Shown here: piece after piece, positions 12,733-24,936 of the stretch
Layout: every line of letters starts with the position of its first letter
Position numbering within the stretch: position 1 is the first letter of the stretch
NCBI GenBank assembly: GCA_001949185.1
Contig: BDGG01000019.1
Span: 99,690-163,689 of the forward strand
Direction of reading: 5' to 3'
Length of the DNA stretch: 64,000 nt
Source: Ramazzottius varieornatus
Taxonomy: Eukaryota; Animalia; Tardigrada
The notes under the pieces: generated by a model
What the model saw: the letters and a program-made list of their open reading frames with translations, nothing else
Database searches by the model: none
Told to the model about the DNA's origin: nothing
Made by a program: the position numbers and the translations under genes

Positions 12733-13206
12733 CCATACACGAAACGGTATTTCGCAACGTGAAGCACCGTGCAGACAGAGATCATCCTTTTCCAAGATCA
12801 ACACAATCAACGGAGTTTTACGGCCTGTCGAGAGGAGGACTAATGTTCCGGTTCAAGTGTAAAGTGAATGTAAACAAAAGCTTTACTCAGAGTCCCGCGC
12901 TCAGTGCCGGGTGCCCCTTTGTTCCGATTGGGGCAGTCGGGGTAGAACTCACGCGTAGAAGGGTGCCGCAAGCCCGCAGACTCTCTTTGGGAAGACATTC
13001 GGCAAACCGAATGGATCAGAGCCGCGTTCATTGCTTTCCCTTGATAGGGGGTCCATTCGGCGCATTTGATCTTGTCTTACGTAAGCTCCGTTGCACGAGT
13101 AACGCACTTTTGAGTTTCATCTCTTCAAGTTTAGAGAAGATTCCAGTTGAGCTGGAATATTCTTTAGTAATCTGTACTAATACATTTGGCCATCATGAGG
13201 TTCGAA

Positions 13207-13885
13207 CAATGTTGTTCCGATTATTGTAATTCGGAATCGAAAATGGTCGAATTTGACGATTTTCAAGTTCCGATATAACAATTAAAGCTACAAATTCTGG
13301 GTTGGTCATTTCTATATTAATTGGAATTGAATCGGAATTACAAGAACGAAACGATATTTTAATGTACAATTGAAATCCAATATGTTGATAAATTCGAATA
13401 ACAACTGACACCAAAGAAGCACGCAAAATGCACGTGGATGTATCGCTTTCTCGCCTTGTGAAGCACCGCTAGCGCTTGATTGAGTGACTAACAGTGCGCC
13501 AGTGTGGTTAATTATACGCCTATGCGACACACCGTGGCTCCTTCATGGAGCACAACAGTCCGTATTGACGACAGCCCTGATGAGCCATCCGTACTATGTA
13601 CCTTGGGAACGACGTATTCTCTGCGAAATACCAGAGGGTCAGTCTAAACGCTGAACCATCCGACGCGTGTACCGAACAAAAGCTTTTTCATGAAAACTCA
13701 AATTACAAAACACTATCCCAATAATTCGAATAATTTCAATTGTTGTCGAAACTTGAGTTTGAATCAATCGGAATTGATGATCCAGCCAGGACGAGGTACC
13801 TGCAATTCAAATTGCTGCCACGCGAGGAATTCCGACTAATCGTGATTGCAATTGAATCTGAAAAAGTCATATCGGAACAACACTG
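13207..13885. mobile_element. Non-autonomous hAT-type element, 679 bp
   Basis: TIR caatgttgttccgat / atcggaacaacactg; perfect 8-bp TSD ggttcgaa at 13199-13206 and 13886-13893; AATTG/CAATT subterminal motifs. Confidence 0.88.
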
Positions 13886-14334
13886 GGTTCGAATGGCCGT
13901 ATCAGAAAATTCGAATGCGCCCTACAGCGTGTTAGAACGCACTTGGGTGTTCCAAGTATCGGAGTTTCTGGGTGTCTGTGGCACTTGATTGGGCGAACAT
14001 GTATGCGTATGTGCATGTCGCACGACGGAGAAAGGCACGAGGCATACAGTTTTTTCGCGAATCACACGCGGTGCATCGATCTACGCGCGAAGCTCAAGCC
14101 TGGTTCCGGTATTTTTAGCTACCAACACCCTAAGGGACGTTTCGCGTGTATGACGACGTACGCGCAAGGCTTCAGGAAGCATTACAATACCTGCTTCCAT
14201 CAGCCCATCCGTTTTTTATTGCCCTGAGTACGACATGTTCTGAGCTAAACATCCAGCATCCATTCCACGCTTATGGAACCGTGGGCTTAAGTCGCTTTAG
14301 AACACGATATTTCGGGATATTGAGGTCTCAAAAA

Positions 14335-14523
14335 TGAACCGCAACAATTGAAAGAATTTCAATTGCTGTTCTTTCAATTGCTGATGCGAGCTGAATTCCG
14401 ATTAATTGTAATAGCTAATACGGCCGAGCTGAGTCTCAGACAATTGAAATTGCTGCCGTCCGAATTATTCCGATAAATCATAATTGCAATTAGAATCGAA
14501 AAAGTCATATTGGAGCAACACTA
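14335..14523. repeat. Solo right end related to the hAT element at 13207-13885
   Basis: aattgcaattagaatcgaaaaagtcatattggagcaacacta is similar to 13845-13885; no matching left end or TSD found. Confidence 0.65.
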
Positions 14524-14835
14524 GTGTCTTCTCTAAACTAAAAGAAACGAAATAATACGGTACTCGTGCAACGGTGCTTAATACTTGTGTCTTACCTTTT
14601 TCATCTGGGCTCCAGGGCTGCAAGTACTCCGCCCGGGGCTGGGCAGGCCCGTTCCCGCCTTTTCGTTACCAGTGCCGCAGTGTGTGATCAGCTGTTCGAA
14701 GTTTGGAAATTTCTGGTGTCTCGTAATCTCTTGATTCCCCATCAGATTTTGCAACCCCCGACCGAAGTCTTTGGCCTTTCTCCTGACCATGTTCAGGTAA
14801 ATCTTTGACGTTCCTGGAGCTTCTCGGCCACGAAC

Positions 14836-17800
14836 ATGCACGGAGAATTGGAGGGAGGAGATCCTGTGCAGGAGAACGGTAAGTCAGTGGCCAGCTTGGA
14901 ATAAAATATTCCATGCCATTTGCGCTGAATACAAACCCTCAGCCTTCTCTAGGTTCCCTCTCAGCCAACCGTCCTCGTCGTGTAAAACCCTCCACTGAAG
15001 ACAAGTTCGAGAAGTTGAGGAACGCAAACAGGAATAAAGACAAGAACAAGTACACGGTATGCCAGCACACGATCTCGTTTGGATTTCTCGTCTTCCCGTT
15101 TCATGGTGTTTTCCTTCCCTCGTAGGTCAAGCCCGTGGAAAATGTCTATGATATGGTGACGGAAGATGAGTACTCAAGGAGAGTCACCGAACGTCAATTG
15201 GACAATTTTGTGGAGGCGGATGGCGCTCACATGGAATATGTCGATAACGGATTGGAAATATTTGACGATGCGTTGGACGACGAAAGCTTGGCCAACCGTC
15301 AGTATTCTTCTTTCATATGAACCGATATTCTATCCCGACATGGCTTACCAAAATAAGCTGGCCGCTATTTTTATAGAGAAGAAGACTTTGGGGCAGAAGA
15401 GCGTGAAAGGAAAAGGCAAAGGGAAAGAAAAGCCAGAAGCTGCTGAAGGTCGACCAGAGAGAACATCCAGCGATATTCGCGACTGGATACGTCCAAAAAT
15501 GAACGTTTCGAAACCGAAGAAACAGGTAAGAAGAGAAAAGAGTCAACCGGTCTTTGCGCCAAAATTTAAGTGGTTGGCTTTTTCTTTTGTGTTTGTTCTC
15601 TTCAGTTGACGATCGCAACGTTGGCAGACGCTCCTCTGATGGAGGATCTGCTGGACGAACTGAACGCCGATGGAGACTCCCAACCTCCCATGCCTTCTAC
15701 CCATACCTCACTGTTCCTCGGATCCGGTAAGACTGTCGACAATGTCCTGGCAGATTGCTCCGACGACAGCATCTTCCGCAAGACCAGCCTCCGTAAGAAG
15801 AAGATAGCCCAGCCTGACATACGTCAATCGTCTCCTCCTCGTTTCTCCTCTCCCCTCCACGACTTCGATGAGCCTCCTGAATCTACATCCACTTTTAGGA
15901 ACTCTAAGCGACCCCTTCCAAAAAGTCCAGCGAAAGAGCCGTTCAGAAAGGACTCAACCCTGGAAGAAGAACGGCAGAAAGCCAGTAAGACCTTTAGCTT
16001 ATCTCATTCACCTGCACACGAGCGCAACAATCATCCATACGGCATGAACGTATGCAGGTTAGAGATCCAGTCGCCGTCCTTCGCTATAAACGCTTTCTGA
16101 CTTTCGTAGATGCGCCCAGGATCAAAAAGTTCGGAAAAGAGAAGAGTAAGGGCAGCTTAGAAGCAGAAGCGGTTCAGGCAAAGCGCCTGCGTACCGGAGG
16201 GTCGCCGAAGAAGGGTCTGCGAGTAGAATGGGGTGACGACAAGTTTGACGATTTCAGCAACACTTCATACGAGGTGGATTCTGTTGTGGATCACGAGGAC
16301 ATGTACGCTCAAATGGCTAGCATGGTCCTTCCTGACGAGGTGGAAACGGCCACCAAACCGGGACCTCGTGCCCAGTAAGTTCTGTTTCCTTCGCCATGAT
16401 TGAAACTGATAAAATAGAGTCCTCATAAAACTCGAGGAAATCTTACGAGACTCTTTCTTTTTTGTAGACTTCCAAGCTTCGATAAGAAGTGGGGGAACAT
16501 GGACCAGACGTTCATCAAATTGGAAGATACACAGATGGACATGGATGTTCAACTGGCGGCAGTTCCCACTACCGGAAGTCAGAACAGCTTGCGAATGTAC
16601 TGGCTGGATGCGTACGAGGACGCTCACCATCAGCCAGGTATGAAAGCAGCTGCAGAATAGAGTTTTCATCAGGATTTGTGAAGTGCAGTCCAACAAACTT
16701 TGAACGATATCTTTCTAATTTCACTATGAACGTTTATGCAGGGTGTGTCTTTCTGTTCGGTAAGATGTTGGACAAGGACGGCAAGACTTTCGTAAGCGTT
16801 TGCGTTAAAGTGACAGATATCCAGCGCAAGCTGTACTTCCTGAAACGGAGCACGGTAAGAATACTCCTTTTTGTTTGTTGTGCTTGGTCGCAAGACTTCC
16901 AACGGGGAAATAACCTTGAGTGCCTATGGTGTTTGATATTAGTTTTGGTGCGTTCATAGCGTCTGGACTTGGATGGGGAAAATGACAACGATGAGGAACT
17001 TACGTTTTCGGATTTGGAGGAGGAGTATGTGGACTTGGACATCTGCAAGAAGCTTACTGTCAAGAGATTCCAGGAGAAGAGGAAGAAGTATGCTTTCGAG
17101 AAGCTGGACGTTCCAGAAGAAGGCGTCTACTTGGAAGCCCGAATGCCGGTAAGAGAACGAAATGCTTCTTTCTCTAAACGACAGAATAAGATCGCTGGTT
17201 TCGCAGTTTTCCACTCCGGTGTTGACCAAAGATTTCGGCGAGACCTTCAGCCACGTCTTCGGTCGCAACACTTCCGCGTTAGAAATCTTCTTGCTGGAGA
17301 TGAAGCTGAAGGGTCCCTGCTGGCTGAATATCCAGAACGCCATCCCCAGCAACCCTCGCTTCGGCTGGTGCAAGGAAGAATTGACGGCAGAGTACAAAGG
17401 CGCTGGGAAGCACCACAGTGGCAGCATTGAAATGCTCGCCAACAGCCACAAAGACTCGCCGCCCATGGTCATCATGACCATACAACTACGCATCGTTGTC
17501 AACGCCAAAACGAAGCAGAATGAGGTATGACCAATATTTACTCTCAATGATAGAATGGTAGCTCGGCAAACCGACTCATCCAGCTCGCTTTCCCAAGCGG
17601 CGCACGGTTCGAGCCAGTAACAATGGAGACATGCTCCACTTGAGACACAAGCTGGACAAGATCGATTTTCCAAGGTGGCGCACGCTTTCATTGATATTAG
17701 TTTGTAGCGTGCGCCACTTTGGAAAACGATCTGGTCAATTTTGTTTCTCGAGTTTCCAAATTAGATTGAGACCTATTCCGGAATTTCTTTCCAGATTGTG

Positions 17801-20800
17801 GTAGCTGCTATTCTGGTCCACCGAGCCTACCCGCTGAACAAGTCTGCTCCCGTGCCGCTGTACAGTGAACACCAAGTCATCCTGACGTACCCGCAAGAAC
17901 TCGGGTCGTCCATGCCGCGTCACGTTCGCGAAAGCATCAAGAAAAACGTACGTAAACACATCACAAGTATCTTTTTCATTTGTACTCTGTTCATTCGCGT
18001 TCTTGATTTTCTAATCGAGCACAGGAATTTTCGAAGGTGAATGCGTGAGTTGTTTACTGCAGGACCGTTACAATATTCAGATAGTGGGAAAGGAGCAAGA
18101 CCTGATCAACGTCCTCCTGAACAAGATCAAGACTACTGATCCGGACTTCCTGGTCTTCCATGATGGGCTGGGCTATCAACTGGACATTCTTCTTCAACGT
18201 GCAATGCAGTTGAAAGTGGGCAGCTGGTCGTCTTTGGGAAGACTGAAACGATCCATTCCACCGAAGGTATGTTTAGAATACACTGTACTTTCATCAAGAA
18301 TATTTGATGGGATGTTTATGTAACATTGGGACATAAGCTCAGGTTTGGTGTTTCCTTTTGCTTTTGCAGGGTCGAACGGCTTCTCAGCAAGCTTGCACAG
18401 GTCGTCTACTTTGCGACGTTCGACATGCAGCTGAAGAACTGATCCATTCAAAGAGCTATGACTTGGCCGAGCTTGTTAAAGTAGTCTTGAAGGAAGAGAA
18501 CCACCAAGCGATTCCCAACGATCTCGTCAAAGAGATGTTCAAGTAAGCCTGCTTCGCTCTCCTAGTACTTTTCATCCGTACAATACCTAGAACAGCCAAT
18601 CTGTAAATGTCGGATTGATGTCGAAGAGTGAATGAGTATACTTTCAGAGCTCCGGAAAGGCTGAAAGAGTTGGTCGACAACACGCTCTGCGATGCCCACT
18701 ACATTCTTCGTATCATGGCTGAACTGAACGTTCTTCCACTTGCGCTCGAGATGACGCACATCTGCGGGAACGTTTATGTAAGAACTTTTCCCCATGTTGA
18801 ATAAGAGACACTTTTGTTAGGCCGAAGCTGGACAATCAAACTGGGCAAGATTGTTCTCCTAGGTGGCGCAGGCTTTCGGTGTTATTGGCAGAAAGTGTGC
18901 GCCACTTGGAAAAACGACGTTGTTCGGATTTGTTTGCAGAACTTCCCGGTGGTATAAACTCGACCTCCGAATTTTAGTAGTCTGATTACACTTGTTCGTC
19001 TTTCCTAGTCGAGAACGTTGCTGGGTGGTCGGTCAGAACGTATCGAGTACCATCTGCTTCACGCCTTCACCGAAGCCGATTACATCTGCCCCGACAAAGA
19101 GTACCGCGACTCTATTCATAACAAGGACGGCAAAAACCACAGCAAGAAGAAAAAGAAAGGTGGTGCCGGAGATAAAGAGGTCTCCAAGATCGAAGAAGGA
19201 GACGACGAGAATCTCAACCCGGAAGACGACCACGTCGTGGAAGAAGAAAACGAGGCGATGGTCCACGAGGATGTCGCGCCGCCTACAAAGAACACTGGAG
19301 GAAAGAGGAAACCAGCTTATTCCGGCGGTCTGGTCCTGGAGCCCAAAAGAGGTACGAAATATATTCCTCAATGTCCAGAGAAAGTGTTTTCGATATACGA
19401 CGTCTATGAAATATGTTGCGACGTCGTTGAGCAAAATTGAACGTTCTCCCCCGAAGTTGCATACACAGTGGTGCGTGAGTACGTCTGTATTTGTGTATGC
19501 AGAGGTGTAAGTCTCATGCTTCACAAGGCTTTGGCGTTTTCCGGTTCCTCGTTTCTGTCAGATTGTGTTAACTCGTATACTTTTTTTCTTTTAGGTCTGT
19601 ACGATACACCCGTCCTCGTTATGGATTTCAACAGCCTCTACCCGTCCATCATCCAAGAATTTAACATATGCTACACGACGGTCGACCGGAAGTCACAGGC
19701 GAATATTGCCGATGACAACCTCCCTTCGATGCCCAGTACGACACCTGAAGGCATCCTACCCCAAGTCATCAAACGACTGGTCGAACAGCGGAAGGAGGTG
19801 AAGAAGCTGCTGAAGGGAAGTAACAACGACGACAGGAAAGCACAGGCAAGACGACCTGAAGCAGTCCACTTCCGGTATCTTAATGTACAAGTCTTGCTTG
19901 TGGTTCCAGCTGGAAATCAGACAGAAAGCACTGAAGCTGATTGCGAACAGCACTTATGGATGTCTGGGTTTCGATTACTCGCGATTCCGTGCAAAGGGCT
20001 TGGCCGCCTTGATCACGTCCAAAGGCAGAGAGGTACGAACGTGATTCCACCAGTGAACGTCACGCACCTGCATACAAGGACTGGTACATTTGCACTGCGT
20101 CGTTATATGCAAGTGTCTGAAAAGTTGGCGTTCCGTTTGTCTGTCTCTCGTACAGTGATCTCTACGTCGATCATCGATGTGTTCACTTCCCGGTATCTTT
20201 CGATATATTCACAGTGTAATATTGTAGATTCTGATGAACACGAAGGAGCTGATTGAGAAAGATCGCCGCGAAGTCATCTATGGTGACACCGACTCGATTA
20301 TGATCAACAGTCACGTGTCGACCGAAAACCCTGTGGAGAAGTTTGGCGAAGTCCTCAAGATGGGTAACAAGGTACTTAGCCACAGTCGGTAGGTGGGTGT
20401 GCAATTGTTTAGAAGTTTTCTGTTGTCCGTAGATCAAACAGGAAGTGAACAAGCACTACAAGTTTCTCGAGCTGGACATTGACGGCATCTTCTTTTCCAT
20501 GCTGCTGCTTCAGAAGAAAAAGTACGCTGCCTTGGTGGTGTCTAAGAATCCTGACGGAAGTCTGATCACGAAGCAGGAACTGAAAGGTCTGGACATCGTT
20601 CGCCGAGATTGGTCCAACATCGCCATCGATACTGGAAAGTTAGCATCCCTGTTCTAATACACGTACACCTTCTTTTCGGTCTAAACGATGTGTCTGTTCG
20701 CAGCCTTGTTGTGAAGGAAATCCTTTCGGGTAAGAAGCGTGACGAGATGATTTCCGGAATCCTGGCTGTACTCGGTAACGTGGCCAAGTTCGTCAAAGAC

Positions 20801-23396
20801 TGTCCTCCGACGCCGAACAAAGTCGATCTCGAGAAGTTTCAAATTTTGAAGGTCGATAGATACATCTGAAAATGAAAAATGTAACATGCAGTCAAACGTT
20901 TGTTTTGTGATTTCAGCAACTGACCAAAGATCCCAACTTGTACGCAGACGCGAAGGCTCACCCACACGTCCAGATTGCCCGTCGTCTCAACAGCCTGGCC
21001 ACCACTTCGCAGAAGTGCCGCGCAGGCGACATAATTGCTTACGTGGTGTGCAACGAAGTCCCCTCCGATGTGGTGATCACGGGAAAGCGAGCTCCCCATA
21101 CGCAGCGTGGGTACGCTTTCAAGGAAGTGTTGGACGCGCAAGGAGCTTTGACTGTCGACAAGCAGTACTACCTTGCCGAACAGGTACAATACAATGAATA
21201 AAACGTTTAGTGAGAGTTTTGAGAGCTCGGAAAGCAAACTGGTCAAGATCGGTCCAAGTAGCGTACGCCTCAGTGAAACTGTCTTAGAGCGTGCGCCACT
21301 TGGGAAAATAGGCTTGTCGAACTTGTTTCCAAGTGGCGCACGTTTCCATTGTTATGGGCTGAAAGAGTGCGTCACTTGGGAAACGATCTGGTTGAGCTAA
21401 CCAAGCTGCCAGATAGTTAGGTCATTCTCGTTCGAATATATTGGCAAAATCATTGGATCATATGTGTGGTTGGATAGGTGCACAAAGTGGTGAATCGGCT
21501 TTGCGAGCCTATCGAAGGCATCGACTCTTCCACAATGGCTGACTGTCTGGGTATCGACAAGAGCCTCTTTCCAAGTCACTTCGTGGACCGGACTGCTGAA
21601 GATGATCAGAACATGATGGGCTCCGTAGTACCTGACATCGAACTGTACAAGGATTGCCTACCTCTCACCGTCGCGTGCCCCAACTGCCAGGAAAACTGGG
21701 TCTTCGATGGGCCCATATGGGAGAAGGTAGAGTGAAATCATCGAACTGGTGTCCCCTCGTAAACACGAATGCCTAATTTTTTATCTTATTTTCTAGGATG
21801 GGAGTTACTCATTCAGCCTAAGAAAGTGTCTCTCCTGCGAACAACGCCCCGCTTCCTTCTTGACTTTGCTTCAGAACACTCTTCGGATGCAGCTGAATGT
21901 GGCCATACAGCGGTATTACAAGGTAAGTAAGCTCTGTTTCACCAACCATAGACCCCAAGACTTTCCAAACGGTGAGCTTCCTGCAGACTACTTCGTAAAT
22001 TTGGCTACGAATGTTTAAACAGGTCGAACGGCTATCAAATGGCCGTTCCAGAAAGTTGAGACTACCTCTTGATCATCCCGCTACCGGGGAAGATCCGCTG
22101 ATAAGATCTTTGATCCTCAGCTTGCACAACCCGTACGCAGTCGTACGCGCAGACCAAGCCCGGGTACACGCGTGCAATAGTCCCAGTCAATCAAGGTATA
22201 TTTGAAATCAAAACGGGTAAATGCCACTTAATCAGAAGATCAGTGACTGGGACAACAGCCAAGGCGGTTGAATCGTCGTTATTCTTGCACGTATCAATCC
22301 TTGGTTATCTGATCAAGTGGCATTTACCCNNNNNNNNNNNNNNNNNNNNNNNNNNNNNNNNNNNNNNNNNNNNNNNNNNCTTGATTGACTGGGACTACTG
22401 CACGCGTGTACCCGGGCTTGGTCTGCGCGTACGACTGCGTACGGGTTGTGCAAGCTGAGGATCAAAGATCTTATCAGCGGATCTTCCCCGGTAGCGGGAT
22501 GATCAAGAGGTAGTCTCAACTTTCTGGAACGGCCATTTGATAGCCGTTCGACCTGTTTAAACATTCGTAGCCAAATCTACGAAGTAGTCTGCAGGAAGCT
22601 CACCGTTTGGAAAGTCTTGGGGTCTATGGTTGGTGAAACAGCTTAAACATTTCTTCTTGACCATATTAATTTTATATATTTTCACGCTTTTACTGATATA
22701 TTTTTATTTTCAGGTTCAGTTTACTTGTGAAGATCCAGCCTGTCATTTCAAATGCGGCTTCGTTCCTCCGAAGTTTTCTCGGGAAAAGCCGGTCTGTCCG
22801 GCGTGTGATAATGGTCGGACTTTCCGTATCATGAAGCCGGAGTACTCTGACCGCGACCTGTACCTACAGCTGTGCTACTGGAAGAACGCCTTCAACCCGG
22901 AAAGAGCGCTGAACAAGATGAAGAATAAGAGCGCTTTCGGTAAGAACGAAACCTTAGCTGAGAGCTGGGCAGAAAAACTCGACAAGATTTCTCTCCTAAC
23001 CGGCGCACATTTGCACTGTTACTGGCTCGAAACGTGCGCCACTTGGAAAGGAAGCTCTTTGAGTTTGTTGCCCAAAATCACGCACATTCCCAGTGTCAGT
23101 GGGTGGACGCGTGCGCCACTCGCATATTTTTATGTTGTCGAGTTTTTTTGGACCAGAGCTGCCGAGTTCCGGGTTTTCGAAGCTATGAGTCTAACGTGGT
23201 TTGTTTATTCCGCGTAGGGTCATTGACGGATGTGCTGAAGAGCGATCCGCAACTGGTTGTGACTTACGAACAGCTGTCCAAGTACGTGCAGACCTTCCTG
23301 GACCAGAGCGCCTACGGTCGCGTTAACTTCTCGGACTTTTTCTCGCCACCTGTTAGTAATTTTACGGACAACCGTGCGATAAAGGTCGAGTTTTAG
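14836..23396 (+). CDS. POLA1: DNA polymerase alpha catalytic subunit (multi-exon)
   Basis: N-terminal [13 protein letters not shown]; YWLDAYE; [23 protein letters not shown]; motif [21 protein letters not shown]; motif [17 protein letters not shown]; motif C YGDTDS; [13 protein letters not shown]; two C-terminal Cys zinc sites. Confidence 0.96.
17560..17745. repeat. Intronic palindrome array (2 units), POLA1 intron
   Basis: caagcggcgcac...atgctccacttg, then aaggtggcgcac-N25-gtgcgccactttgg. Confidence 0.85.
21230..21400. repeat. Intronic palindrome array (2 units), POLA1 intron
   Basis: gtgcgccacttggg at ~21291; ccaagtggcgcac-N25-gtgcgtcacttggg at ~21329-21380. Confidence 0.85.
21934..22641. 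mobile_element. Foldback / long-TIR element in a POLA1 intron (spans an N gap)
   Basis: ~300 bp near-identical inverted arms starting ctgtttcaccaaccatagacccc, ~70 bp central spacer; CT on both flanks is a possible 2-bp TSD. Confidence 0.75.
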
Positions 23397-23701
23397 AATG
23401 TCGTTTCTTTGAATTTCTATGGAAATTTGCACGTTAAAATTCCTCCCTGCGTCTCTGAGGAGCCTTGCATTCTCTATTATTCGTAATTTCGCACTGCGCG
23501 TCTCAAGGTAATCGTTTGGAAGAACCGTCATTTCGGTAAAATAAAAAATCATTAGACTTATCACAGATTTTCAAGGCGGCAAAAAGTCCTCGAGTAGTGC
23601 CTTCAGACATTTAACGGAAAACCGTTGTCAGCCGAGAATGGTCCTTCGATGAAGTTCGTTCCCACAGGTTACTTCCTTTCTTAGATTTTCCTTCCAACAA
23701 T

Positions 23702-24471
23702 TCACCCACCATGTAACGTCGAAATGAACACGACCCTGTCACCCGGTTCTAGCTCGTAGTCTGGACCTCCCTACGAAAGGACGAGCTTCAATGAGACTGA
23801 AACCAATGCAAGATGACTAACACAATCTAATCATCGACCGACCCCGAACCATCTCACAAAGTCGCTCATGACGTTACAGCGGTGATCACACTGTCGGCTC
23901 ACAATCTGGACTTCCAGCCTTATTCCTTTACGTCACACTTTGACATGCAAAACCTTGAAATATCACTGGTTAAACTTACCATCAGTTCCCAGTCGCAATC
24001 GTTGATGACCACAAGGATTCCAGGTTTCCTACAAAGATAATCTATCAAATACCGGGCCCAGGGATTAGTTTAGACTTTACTTACACGTTATCGCCTTGGA
24101 GGAATAGTTCCAGGCGCTGTTTGAGGTAGCGATCTTTCAAGAGCTGAAGTAGATCTCGCACGGTATCTGAAGGCAAATAGTTCTACTTAAACCACTCCGA
24201 ACTACGCTACGCAGTCTGCCACTCGGAAACCTACATGTAAGATTCTCCTTCGCTGGATGACTAGGGTCGTGAAACTTTGAGATGGGAATATCCAGCTGCT
24301 TCTGGTTGTCGAACAAGAGCTCCACACCACCTCTAAACAATCAATGTCCAATCAACCGAAGTAACGTTTTCATCACAGAGCGATTCACGACATCACAGAG
24401 ATTTATTGCGATTCACGACGACATACAATCAAACCTTACGCAAACTCGACGCGAATATCTCTTGGCGGCAT
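23702..24471 (-). CDS. URM1: Ubiquitin-related modifier 1
   Basis: Exons give MPPRDIRVEFAGGVELLFDNQK..., KPGILVVINDCDWELM and GGPDYELEPGDRVVFISTLHGG* with the diagnostic C-terminal LHGG. Confidence 0.93.
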
Positions 24472-24936
24472 TATCTTCCGCCACCACGGGAACGACAAAA
24501 CTTAGACATCCGGTCCGGAGCAACAAAAGAGACAAGAGTCACAAGGAAGGAAGCAATACCAATCTGTAAAAGATCGGAAAATCACTCCGAAGTCCGAAAA
24601 TCTATGCGAGCCTTCCAAGCGTAAACCCTTTAGCCCCGGGTTCCGATTTCCGAACTTCCCAATTCCGATGCGCTGACCTGCGAAAACCTATGTTGAATTT
24701 CTACCCGCGAGCACAACAATCGTTCACTGCGTCGGTAGCTCCTGCGAATTTTTCGTTGGAATTTATCGCTCTACAAATAATCTCTCGTCGCTGATTTTGG
24801 ACATCAAGCACCGTACAAGCAACGAAATACCCGTAGTACAACTCATGAATATACCATCCCTAACAATTCATAAAAACATTTGCATCCACAGGTGCAAGAA
24901 AGTAAATTACTAAAAAAATCTGCTGCCCGCAACTCT

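Noticed and set aside
22011-22564. Two identical ORFs ([13 protein letters not shown]...) on opposite strands
   Set aside because: By-product of the intronic foldback arms; no coding evidence.
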